Counted from the stretch's first letter, positions 1 through 9,069 are shown. The stretch is DNA of 64,000 nt from Candidatus Zhuqueibacterota bacterium (GCA_049322915.1 JBMOPW010000007.1:212246-276245), one strand, 5' to 3'. Made by a program: numbers and translations. The notes: generated by a model from the letters alone, not told the origin.

Positions 1-624
1 GAGGGTCAGGTGGAGTACCTGGACGCCATCAATAACCCGGAGGATGAATCCGCCGGCCTGCGCAGCGTGCCTTTCTCCCGCGAACTTTATATTGAGCAAT
101 CGGATTTCATGGAGAATCCGCCGAAGAAATTCTATCGGCTCTCCCCGGGCGCCGAGGTGCGACTGCGCTATGCTTATTACATCACCTGCGTCGGTGTTGT
201 GAAAGATGAGCACACCGGTGAAATCAAGGAACTGCATTGCACGTACGATCCAGAGTCCCGCGGCGGCTATTCTCCGGACGGTCGCCGGGTGAAGAGCACC
301 ATCCATTGGGTATCTGCCGGTCAGGCGCTGAAAGCGGAGGTGCGGCTGTACGATAATTTGCTGAGCGTCGCTGATCCTTCCCGGGAAGAGAATGGCGGGG
401 ATTTCAAATCATTTTTGAACCCGAATTCGCTGGAAATTCTGGCGGAATGTTTTGTGGAACCATCGCTGGCCAGCGCCAGACCCGGCGATCGATTTCAATT
501 TGAGCGCCTGGGCTACTTCAGCATGGACCCTGATTCCCGGGAAAACAAGCCCGTGTTCAACCGAACCGTTACCTTGCGGGATACCTGGGCCAGGATGGAA
601 AAGTCAGGCAAAACCGATGAATAA
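1..624 (+). CDS. glnS: Glutamine--tRNA ligase, C-terminal anticodon-binding region (5' truncated by window edge)
   Basis: Motifs [52 protein letters not shown]; frame open from position 1, TAA at 622-624. Confidence 0.95.
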   Translation, partial: EGQVEYLDAINNPEDESAGLRSVPFSRELYIEQSDFMENPPKKFYRLSPGAEVRLRYAYYITCVGVVKDEHTGEIKELHCTYDPESRGGYSPDGRRVKSTIHWVSAGQALKAEVRLYDNLLSVADPSREENGGDFKSFLNPNSLEILAECFVEPSLASARPGDRFQFERLGYFSMDPDSRENKPVFNRTVTLRDTWARMEKSGKTDE

Positions 625-727
625 AATTTCAATGTTCAAACGGCTGTTCACATCCTGCATGAAATCATGTTTTGTTTGAGTTTTGAATGTGTCTCTCTGA
701 GTGTTGGAATTCATTTGTCATTCAGGA

Positions 728-910
728 GTCCACTCTAAAAATGGGCTGAAGCCCCAAAATCAGAGGTGAATTTCTGTTCCCCGACCTAAGAGTCGGGGCT
801 ATTCAAGTCCTCTGATTTTTAAATTTTTCAATGAATTGCCACGTCATTGATGGCGTGGAAAAGAATCACAACCAACGTATCAAAGCCTTTTAAGGCTTTT
901 TAGAGTCGAC
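728..910. repeat. REP/REPIN- or MITE-like nested palindromic element
   Basis: 14-bp terminal inverted repeat with 1 mismatch (728-741 / 897-910). Internal hairpins: GGGCTGAAGCCC 743-754, 756-766/809-819, 779-785/792-798, 839-846/851-858, 882-899. Confidence 0.7.
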
Positions 911-965
911 CCATTCAGCATTTTAAAAATGCCTGTCGCTGCGAAAATACTATGAAGGAGGATGT

Positions 966-1718
966 ATGAAAATTTTGGTGTGCGTGAAACAAGTGCCGGA
1001 CACGGAGTCCAGAATCAAAATTGCCGACAATAAAAAAGCGATCGACCCGACGGATATCAACTGGGTGTTAAATCCGTACGACGAATATGCCGTGGAAGAA
1101 GCATTGCGGATAAAAGAGAAGAAGGGCGATTCAACGGTTACAGTCATAAGCGTCGGGCCGGAGCGAGCGGTTTCCGCCATTCGCAGCGCGCTGGCCATGG
1201 GCGCCGATGAAGCCTATCTCGTCAAGACCGATCGCGCGGATCTGGATTCGCTGGCAGTTGCCAAAGCGCTGGTTTCCGTTGTCAAAGACATGCCGCACGA
1301 TTTGATTCTGTTCGGCAAGCAGGCCGTGGACTACGACAATTTGCAGGTCGGCCCCATGGTCGCGGAGATGCTGAATCTGCCCTGCGCCACGTTCATCACT
1401 GAGTTGATTCTGGATGGTGGCAAGGCCGTGGTGAAACGGGAATTCGAGGGCGGCACTGAAGTGATCGAGACGTCGCTGCCGGCCGTGTTCACCGCAGAAA
1501 AAGGATTGAATGAACCGCGCTACCCGGCGCTGCGCGGCATTATGTTGGCCAAGAAGAAAACCATCAACGAGAAAACCGCAGACTTTGGCAGTCCGAAAAT
1601 CGCCATCACTCAGATCGAATATCCGCCTTCGCGCAAAGGCGGCATGATTGTGGGCCAGGGCGCTGATGCTGTGCCGGCGCTGGTGCGACTGCTGCGCGAA
1701 GAAGCTAAAGTTGTGTGA
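966..1718 (+). CDS. etfB: Electron transfer flavoprotein subunit beta
   Basis: MKILVCVKQVPD start, NPYDEYAVEEAL, GKQAVDYD, LNEPRYPALRGIM; AGGAGG RBS. Confidence 0.95.
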   Translation: MKILVCVKQVPDTESRIKIADNKKAIDPTDINWVLNPYDEYAVEEALRIKEKKGDSTVTVISVGPERAVSAIRSALAMGADEAYLVKTDRADLDSLAVAKALVSVVKDMPHDLILFGKQAVDYDNLQVGPMVAEMLNLPCATFITELILDGGKAVVKREFEGGTEVIETSLPAVFTAEKGLNEPRYPALRGIMLAKKKTINEKTADFGSPKIAITQIEYPPSRKGGMIVGQGADAVPALVRLLREEAKVV

Positions 1719-1719
1719 G

Positions 1720-2027
1720 AAATTCAAAAAAGCAAATAACAAAATTCAAATAAATCTCAAAAATGGATTTCTATACTAAAATTTAGCTATTTAATTTTTA
1801 AAGATATATGGAGTGAATTGACTGTGTCAATTCAAGCATCGACACAGTCGATGCACTCTATACTAAAATAATACGTTAAATGCTCATTTGACATTTCATT
1901 TTAGAAATTCAGGATTCAAATAAATTTCAAATGTTCGTGGCAGAGGCTATAGTCCAATGCGAATTTTGGTCATTGAAATTTTGAAATTGGAATTTATTTG
2001 TAATTTAAAATTTGAGGTTTGTTATTT
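1720..2027. repeat. AT-rich element with inverted, ~7-nt-periodic arms in the etfB-etfA spacer
   Basis: 1734-1750 is an imperfect inverted repeat of 2011-2027; CAAATAAATYTCAA at 1747-1760 and 1917-1930 is an imperfect inverted repeat of 1987-2000. Confidence 0.55.
1807..1862. repeat. REP doublet (two inverted palindromes)
   Basis: GAGTGAATTGACTGTGTCAATTC (1811-1833) and GCATCGACACAGTCGATGCACTC (1836-1858) are each hairpin-forming and are inverted copies of each other. Confidence 0.7.
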
Positions 2028-2083
2028 TCGATTCAACCTATTAAACTGAAGATAAGAATTGAATATAAAAACTGGAGGAGTCA

Positions 2084-3070
2084 ATGTCAAAACCAGTGTT
2101 CGTAGTGACGGAACAACGAAATGGCGTGTTTCGGAATGTCAGTTTTGAAGCAGTAAGTCAGGGCCGGCGTCTGGCAGATCAGATGGGCAGCGAACTTGTG
2201 GCCGTGGTGCTGGGCAGCGGGATCGACGGCATCAGTCAGATACCCGGCTTCTATGGCGCAGATAAAGTGCTGGTCGGCGATAGCCCCCTTTTCGGGAAAT
2301 ACAATGCCGACGCATTCACAAAAGCAATTGTGGACGCGGTGAAATCGGTCGATCCGGAAATCATCATGCTGCCGGCGACGTCCATGGGAAAAGACCTGGC
2401 CCCGCGACTTGCGGCGCGACTGGATGTTGCATTGGCCACTGATTGCACGCGGCTTTCACTGGAAAATGGGAAGCTGCATGCGTTGCGGCCGATGTTTGCC
2501 GGCAAGGTTTTGGCCAGTCACGAATTATTGGCCTCGCCGCAACTGGTGTCCATTCGCCCCAATGTTTTTCGGGCATCCAGTCCGGACAACTCCCGGACTG
2601 CGGTCGTGGAAAAACTGACGATCACCACGTCGCCGTCCGAATTGAAGGCTGTGGTGAAAGAGATCATCTCCGGCGCCGGCGGTAAAATCGATTTGACCGA
2701 AGCGTCCATCATTGTCTCCGGCGGGCGCGGCATGAAAGGCCCGGAGAATTTTGCCATCCTGGAAGAATTGGCCAATCTGTTGGGCGCGGCTGTGGGCGCT
2801 TCCCGCTCTGCTGTGGATTCCGGCTGGCGGCCTCATGCAGATCAGGTGGGACAGACAGGGAAGACGGTGTCCCCGGATCTGTACATTGCCTGCGGTATCT
2901 CCGGCGCGATTCAGCATCTGGCCGGGATGTCTTCATCCAAATACATCGTGGCCATCAACAAAGACCCGGAAGCGCCGATCTTCCAGCGCGCTGATTACGG
3001 GATCGTTGGCGACCTGTTCGACGTGGTGCCGGCGTTGACCCAGGAACTGAAAAAGATTGTCGATAAATAA
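2084..3070 (+). CDS. etfA: Electron transfer flavoprotein subunit alpha
   Basis: IIVSGGRGM, GASRSAVD, QVGQTGKTV, LYIACGISGAIQHLAGM, AINKDPEAPIF; GGAGG RBS. Confidence 0.96.
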   Translation: MSKPVFVVTEQRNGVFRNVSFEAVSQGRRLADQMGSELVAVVLGSGIDGISQIPGFYGADKVLVGDSPLFGKYNADAFTKAIVDAVKSVDPEIIMLPATSMGKDLAPRLAARLDVALATDCTRLSLENGKLHALRPMFAGKVLASHELLASPQLVSIRPNVFRASSPDNSRTAVVEKLTITTSPSELKAVVKEIISGAGGKIDLTEASIIVSGGRGMKGPENFAILEELANLLGAAVGASRSAVDSGWRPHADQVGQTGKTVSPDLYIACGISGAIQHLAGMSSSKYIVAINKDPEAPIFQRADYGIVGDLFDVVPALTQELKKIVDK

Positions 3071-3395
3071 TTTTTGAAAATGAAATGCCCCATGGCCGGG
3101 AGAGTAATTCCACATCGTCCGGGTCATGGGCTGAAAATTTGTCTGAATTCAGGATGCGCTCCGCCAATCGTGTGCGGAGAGATTTTCAGAAGACATGAGT
3201 GAGATCGGTGGACAGGCGGCTGTTCGCCGATTGCTGTTTTGCGATCACCCGCGATCACCCTCAATCAGCGGTGATGCAACCGAGTGATCCTTCATTCGTC
3301 CATTGAATTCGAACGGCTGACAGACTGGCTGGTAGGGAAGAACAGGGCGAATTTCGATTCGCGTGCATTTATTCACCAACCGAAAGGAAAAACAG

Positions 3396-5396
3396 ATGCC
3401 TTCACAAATTCCCGCGCGGGAAGTGTTTTGGAACATCCCGTTTCATCTCATCATTTATCCTCTCATGGTGGCGGCGCTGGCCATTTTCTTCTACGGACTC
3501 TATCGAAGGATGAAATTCTGGAAGCTCGGGCAGAGCGAGCATCGCTCCGCGTACATCGGGCAGCGGATCAAGTCTCTGCTCATCTACGCCCTGGGCCACG
3601 GACGGATTCTCAAAGAAGCCTATCCGGGATTGATGCACCTGCTCATTTTCATCGGCTTTGCGATACTTTTCATCGGCACCGCGGTGGTCAGTTTCGATTA
3701 CGATGTGTGGGGACTCATCTTCGGCCAGCCATCGTTTCTCATCGGTGAATTTTACAAAATCTTTTCGCTGATACTGGATATCGCTGGTGTGGCAGCGATC
3801 GTTGGAATTCTGATTGCGCTTTTCCGGCGATACATTCAACGACCGGATCGGCTCAATAATCTGCTGGATGATGGCGTGATTCTGATCTGGCTTCTGGTCA
3901 TTCTCGTGAGCGGGTTTCTGGTCGAGGCGGCGCGAATTGCCAGCACCAATCCGGAATGGGAGAAGTGGTCTGTGGTCGGTTACGCCCTGTCCGGACTGTG
4001 CACTGCGGACAGCCAGTTCTGGCATCGCATTTTGTGGCTGGGACATATCCTCATCTCCTTCGGATTCATCGCGTACATCCCGCATTCCAAGTTGGTTCAC
4101 ATCATCACCTCTTCGATCAATATTTACCTGCGCTCGTTCGAACCCAAAGGCGCGCTGAAATCCATTGACATCGAGAACTCCGAGATATTCGGCGCCAGCA
4201 AAATCAGCGATTTCACCTGGAAGCAATTGTTGGACCTGGATGCCTGTACCCGATGCGGCCGTTGTCAGGACCTGTGCCCGGCCTATCTGAGCGGAAAGCC
4301 GCTGTCGCCGAAAAAGCTCATCCTCGATTTGCAGGCCAATCTGTACGCGCAGGGCAGGGAACTGCTGGCCGGCCGCCAGATTGACGATGCCATAGCGCTG
4401 GTGGGAACAGCCGTAACGGCCGAGGAAATCTGGGCCTGTACCACGTGTCGCGCCTGCATGGAAGCTTGTCCGGTTTTCATTGAGCACATCGACAAGGTCG
4501 TGGATCTGCGCCGCGATCGGACATTGATGGTGAGCGATTTCCCGTCCGAATTGAACCAGACGTTCAAGGGCATGGAGAACAATTTCAACCCGTGGGGCAT
4601 TGGCTTTTCCAAACGCGCGGATTGGGCCGAGGGAGTAGCCCTCAAGCGGTTGGACGCCGGCGAAACTGCCGATGTATTGTGGTTTGTCGGATGCGCCGGC
4701 TCGTTCGATGATCGCGCCAGAAAAGTGTCCCTGGCATTCGCGAAGATATTGGCTGCGAGCGGGCTGGATGTTGGCATCCTGGGCGCTGAGGAAAAATGCT
4801 GCGGCGAAACGGCGCGACGGCTGGGCAACGAGTATCTGGCCCAGACGCTGATGGAGATGAACATCGAATTATTCAATGAAATGGGGATAAAAAAAATTGT
4901 CACGTTCTGTCCCCATTGCTACAACACGTTCAAAAATGAGTATCCTCAATTCAAAGGCAATTACCAGGTTCAGCACAGCACCGAGCTGCTGGCAGAACTG
5001 ATTCAGACCGGAAAAATTAAACTGAACAAGTCAATTGATAAAAAAATCACGTACCACGATTCCTGTTACCTGGGTCGATACGACGGCGTGTTCGATGCGC
5101 CGCGCGACATTTTAAAAGGAATCAGTGAGAAGCCGTTGTGCGAAATGCTGCGCAACAAAAATCGAAGTTTCTGCTGCGGCGCCGGCGGCGGAAGAATGTG
5201 GCTGGATGAGACCATCGGCGAGCGCATCAACAATTTGCGCACCGAACAGGCGTTGGAAACCGGCGCGGAAATGATCGCCACGTCATGTCCGTATTGCCTC
5301 ACCATGTTCACCGATGGATTGAAAGACAAAAACGCTGCGGATAAAGTCTGGGCTGCGGACATCATCGAACTTGTCGAACAGGCAATGATCAAATAG
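3396..5396 (+). CDS. Membrane-bound Fe-S oxidoreductase: cytochrome b/NarI-like TM region, 2x[4Fe-4S], two CCG domains (FadF/HdrD-like, probable ETF:quinone oxidoreductase)
   Basis: N-terminal TM helices with His residues; CTRCGRCQDLCP and CTTCRACMEACP; EKCCG and YHDSCYLGR...FCCGAGGG...CPYC; ATG 3396 after AGGA; follows etfBA. Confidence 0.88.
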   Translation: MPSQIPAREVFWNIPFHLIIYPLMVAALAIFFYGLYRRMKFWKLGQSEHRSAYIGQRIKSLLIYALGHGRILKEAYPGLMHLLIFIGFAILFIGTAVVSFDYDVWGLIFGQPSFLIGEFYKIFSLILDIAGVAAIVGILIALFRRYIQRPDRLNNLLDDGVILIWLLVILVSGFLVEAARIASTNPEWEKWSVVGYALSGLCTADSQFWHRILWLGHILISFGFIAYIPHSKLVHIITSSINIYLRSFEPKGALKSIDIENSEIFGASKISDFTWKQLLDLDACTRCGRCQDLCPAYLSGKPLSPKKLILDLQANLYAQGRELLAGRQIDDAIALVGTAVTAEEIWACTTCRACMEACPVFIEHIDKVVDLRRDRTLMVSDFPSELNQTFKGMENNFNPWGIGFSKRADWAEGVALKRLDAGETADVLWFVGCAGSFDDRARKVSLAFAKILAASGLDVGILGAEEKCCGETARRLGNEYLAQTLMEMNIELFNEMGIKKIVTFCPHCYNTFKNEYPQFKGNYQVQHSTELLAELIQTGKIKLNKSIDKKITYHDSCYLGRYDGVFDAPRDILKGISEKPLCEMLRNKNRSFCCGAGGGRMWLDETIGERINNLRTEQALETGAEMIATSCPYCLTMFTDGLKDKNAADKVWAADIIELVEQAMIK

Positions 5397-5476
5397 CTGC
5401 GATGATGGAGCAGGATGATGACGGCTCGCCACGTTCATCGGCTCAGCGATTACGGTTTTCGAAAAATAGGCTCATT

Positions 5477-5510
5477 AAAAAAGCCCTGTGATTGCTTCTC
5501 ACAGGGCTTT
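5477..5510. terminator. Bidirectional intrinsic terminator
   Basis: AAAAAAGCCCTGTGA-TTGCTTC-TCACAGGGCTTT between convergent genes. Confidence 0.85.
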
Positions 5511-5662
5511 ATCGTTTGATTCAGGATTGATTTCATTGCAAATAAATCGGTTCAGATGACGACACTATGGACGGGCAGGATAGATGTGCCTTGATGCATT
5601 GCCGCTATTGGCCTCGAGTTGATACCCTTCCTACAAAAAATTCTGCTTAACAGATCTTCGGA

Positions 5663-8617
5663 TTACAAATTATGTTTCACCACTGTTCGGTTCCCCTGGC
5701 TATTCGCGCCGACTGTCTCTTTCACTTGGTTGTTCGGCGACATCGCATGCCCCTGGGCCAATTTCTTGGTGAGGAAGGTTATGCGCGAGCGCGTTTTATC
5801 GACCCAGTCGTTCTTCACGCTATTTTCTAACGCCAGTTTTTCATTGGTCTGATAATATTTCATGGCTTCCGTTTCCAACGGGATAATCCATTGCTGTTGA
5901 ATCGTCGTCCAATAGGTGTTAAGTTCTTCCTTATTCAAATTGGGAGGCGCCGGGGATTTGAGAATATCGTGGCAAAATTTTTCGTAGCTCAGTCCCAGTT
6001 GATAAAAGGCGGCCGTTGTCCACTCGGCAATATTGAATTTTGTGACATCGACGTAGCACTTGAGCACGTCATTGAATGCCTGCTGTTTCCGCTTCAAATT
6101 TTGTTGGAAAGGCGGTTTCAACGCGATGGCTTCAAAAACAGTGCGCTTGATTTCTCCCTGCCGGAACGCTGCCTGAGCCGCGATGACATCATCGGCAAAG
6201 TCGCCGGCAGCCATCAACTGATCATATCTGGAAAGGACATTCTGATAACCGATCTGGGCTTTCTGGTTCAGGTTCTTTTTCTCATACGCATAGGCAACTT
6301 TGAACATGGCTTCGAGTGCCCGATCCGCATCGTTGGGAAATTTTTTGAGGTACCGATTGAAAATATCGGCTGTTGCCGTCCAGTCGCTGGTTTTTTCATA
6401 GGCCAATCCGGCATTGTACAGAGCGCCGGCAGCCTCTTTGGGATCGGTCAGCTTTTCGTGCAATGTGAGAAAATTTTTCGCCGCCAGGAAATACTGCCCC
6501 TCTTTTTCGCGGAGAACAGCCGCGCGGTAGATGGCTTCCTGACAATGCTCTGAATTCGGATATTTTTTGAAGAAGCTTTCAAAGTTCATCGCTGCCCGGT
6601 GAATCTGATTGGCTTTTTCAAATTGCAGCGCAGCCTCGAATAGCGACGCCTCCGCAATGTTTGGGTCCGTCGCTTCAACCGATGCGCGCTCGAATTTGAA
6701 GGCAGCTTTCTGAACATCACCCTGGGATTTCAATTTTTCGCCGATCTTGAAAGTCGATGACGCTAACATGATTTTGCTCTTTTCAACCAACTCCAGAGAA
6801 TCGGGATGTTGCTTTATCAAAATTGTCGACCAGCGTTCCGCTTCTTCGTACTTCTCCTGCTTGAATGCAAACAGGGCGAGCATGTTCAGGGCATTGCTTT
6901 TATGGTGGAGGCCTTTTTTCTGTTTCAGGATGGAACTCAATGCCGACATGGCAAATTTTTCGGCGGTGGCATAATTTTCTATTTTGCTGAAAATTTCAGC
7001 CAATTTCAATTTAACTTCCGGCCCTTTCTCCGACTCGGGGAACCATTTCAAAAACGCGGAACTGGCCTGGATCAGGTCTTTCGATGCGGCGCTATTTTTC
7101 AATTCCTCGGAGCCGGCAGTCGATGCGCTGTCGAAAGCTGACTGGCATAATCTGTCGTGGCAAACGAGATAGTTGTAACCGGCATCTTCGCGCAACTCAC
7201 TTTTCGGAAAAGCTTCGACCAGGTGCTGGTAATTTTCAGCAGCGTTGACGTAATCGTTGGTGTTGTACAGACATTCGGACAGGAAGAAATAAGCGTGATC
7301 CAGGCGTTCGTCTCCGGGAAACGTTTTGATGAATTGATCATATTTCTTTTCGGCGGCAGTGTATTTTTCTGCTGCGAAAAGGCTATCCGCCGTGCACAAC
7401 ATGGGTGTAGCGAGCTTGAAATCGATATCCGTCAACAGCGCGTTGAAAGCATCGCTGTTTTCCTTTTGATTGCTGGTCAGTGCCCATTGACTTTTCGGAC
7501 CGCAGGCGTCCACAAGGGCCGAGCGGGTTTTAAAACTTTTATCAATATCCCTTGATTTTTCATGGCAAGTAAAGAGCGAATAATAGACATACGGCATTTT
7601 AAAATAAAGCGGATAATTTTTTGTAACGTGATTAAAGGCCGATTCGGCATCCTCATAAAAATCGCGGCGCAGATAAATATCGCCCAGCTTGTGCAGAAAA
7701 TCGGGAGTATAGGCAGAGCCATTCATTTCATTAATGAACGCCAGCAGCGCTGAAACCCCGCCGAAATCGCTGAAGCTAATCGCGATGTATTCGATGGCCT
7801 CGTCCTTCAATTGAACCTGAGTTTTCCCCAATAAATCTGTATCAACGCTTTCCAGCAAATGGATGTCGTTCAGCAGATAATAAAATGTGCTGATGGCGTC
7901 CGAGTAGTTTTCCATTTGATAATGGCACCACGCGATCTTGTACAGCGACATGGCAAAATATGGACTGTCCCAACTCTGTAAAATTTGCTGGTACGTATTG
8001 ATGGCCACGTCGTATCGCTGCTCGTCAAAATAGCATTCGCCCAGTCTAAAGATGATTTCGGCAAGATAGGTGGAATCCGGATAGTTCGCAATGAGATTTT
8101 CAAAAATCTGTCGCGAGCTGTCCCTGTGACCCATTTCGTACAGGCAAATACCGGTGCGGTACATAACTTTTCCGATGTAAGGCACCTGCGGGAACTCTTT
8201 AACAATGCGGCGGTTTATTTCAAGTGTGTTTTTGTAATCCAACACCGGCTCGGTCGGTTCGACCGCCAATTTTTTATCGTCAAATAGCTCAAGTTCACGA
8301 TCATATTTAATCATGGCTAATTCGAAATGAAGTTTCTCTTTTCGAACTTCCCACTCAGAAAGCTGAAACAAAAGCTCCGGAAGAAATAATGAATCCGAAA
8401 ATGCCCGAACGGCATTTCTGGCAAGTTGGGTAGCCTGGTCGACTTTCTTTGTTTCCTGTACCAGGGCGCGAATCCGTTCTTTCTCGGAATTCGCTTCATG
8501 GGTTGCCTGGCTGGTCTGTGCAATCACTGGATTCGCGATGATTGCAGCCATGAAAAAAGCAAAAATGAGGAAGCGGATGGCGCAAGTTCCTTGACGCAAA
8601 ATTACTGAAGATTTCAT
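5663..8617 (-). CDS. Large exported tetratricopeptide-repeat protein (~984 aa), GltD/AgmU-like
   Basis: Signal-peptide-like N-terminus from ATG 8617 (GGGGG upstream); many BamD/YbgF-type TPRs (e.g. AEIIFRLGECYF, AMSLYKIAWCHY); C-terminal WTTAAFYQLG...PPNL..EE...Y...IPLE..A motif. Confidence 0.85.
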   Translation of the reverse strand: MKSSVILRQGTCAIRFLIFAFFMAAIIANPVIAQTSQATHEANSEKERIRALVQETKKVDQATQLARNAVRAFSDSLFLPELLFQLSEWEVRKEKLHFELAMIKYDRELELFDDKKLAVEPTEPVLDYKNTLEINRRIVKEFPQVPYIGKVMYRTGICLYEMGHRDSSRQIFENLIANYPDSTYLAEIIFRLGECYFDEQRYDVAINTYQQILQSWDSPYFAMSLYKIAWCHYQMENYSDAISTFYYLLNDIHLLESVDTDLLGKTQVQLKDEAIEYIAISFSDFGGVSALLAFINEMNGSAYTPDFLHKLGDIYLRRDFYEDAESAFNHVTKNYPLYFKMPYVYYSLFTCHEKSRDIDKSFKTRSALVDACGPKSQWALTSNQKENSDAFNALLTDIDFKLATPMLCTADSLFAAEKYTAAEKKYDQFIKTFPGDERLDHAYFFLSECLYNTNDYVNAAENYQHLVEAFPKSELREDAGYNYLVCHDRLCQSAFDSASTAGSEELKNSAASKDLIQASSAFLKWFPESEKGPEVKLKLAEIFSKIENYATAEKFAMSALSSILKQKKGLHHKSNALNMLALFAFKQEKYEEAERWSTILIKQHPDSLELVEKSKIMLASSTFKIGEKLKSQGDVQKAAFKFERASVEATDPNIAEASLFEAALQFEKANQIHRAAMNFESFFKKYPNSEHCQEAIYRAAVLREKEGQYFLAAKNFLTLHEKLTDPKEAAGALYNAGLAYEKTSDWTATADIFNRYLKKFPNDADRALEAMFKVAYAYEKKNLNQKAQIGYQNVLSRYDQLMAAGDFADDVIAAQAAFRQGEIKRTVFEAIALKPPFQQNLKRKQQAFNDVLKCYVDVTKFNIAEWTTAAFYQLGLSYEKFCHDILKSPAPPNLNKEELNTYWTTIQQQWIIPLETEAMKYYQTNEKLALENSVKNDWVDKTRSRITFLTKKLAQGHAMSPNNQVKETVGANSQGNRTVVKHNL

Positions 8618-8828
8618 TGTGCCCCCAATTTTAAGATTGGATGATGCATAACGTACTACCTCTGGCGATTTTTTAACAAGAGGAGGCATGAATTTATTTT
8701 CCGAGCGCAGCGGCAACTCAAAGAATGCGGCGGCACTCTGTCAATTAACCAGTTTGATAAAAAAAATTATTATCAGAAGCGAAACGAGTGACTGTTGAGA
8801 AAAAGGCTATTTATAGTAAACATGGGCT

Positions 8829-8857
8829 AATATAATTTTCTTTGTTTTAAAAGTCAA
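8829..8857 (-). promoter_or_regulatory. Sigma70-type promoter for the TPR gene
   Basis: TTGACT-N17-TATATT on the minus strand. Confidence 0.65.
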
Positions 8858-9040
8858 GAAAAAAACTGGGACTTTTATTTTAATAACACATAGTAAATCA
8901 AATGTTAAAGCTTATTAATACATTGTAAGGCTATTTAAAAACAGCTAATAATAATAGAAAATGCTCTGCGTCATATTCTGGAAATTTCAAATTTGAAATC
9001 ATACTAGAATTTTTTCAGATAATAAATCATTATTTTTTTA

Positions 9041-9069
9041 TTGACTTTCAATAGACTTTTCGATATATT
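9041..9069 (+). promoter_or_regulatory. Sigma70-type promoter for the SPOR gene
   Basis: TTGACT (9041-9046)-N17-TATATT (9064-9069). Confidence 0.65.

Noticed and set aside
3402..4487. 361-aa minus-strand ORF
   Set aside because: Antisense shadow of the Fe-S oxidoreductase, with no recognisable motifs.
5891..6553. 220-aa plus-strand ORF and other short ORFs opposite the TPR gene
   Set aside because: Antisense shadows of a well-supported gene.
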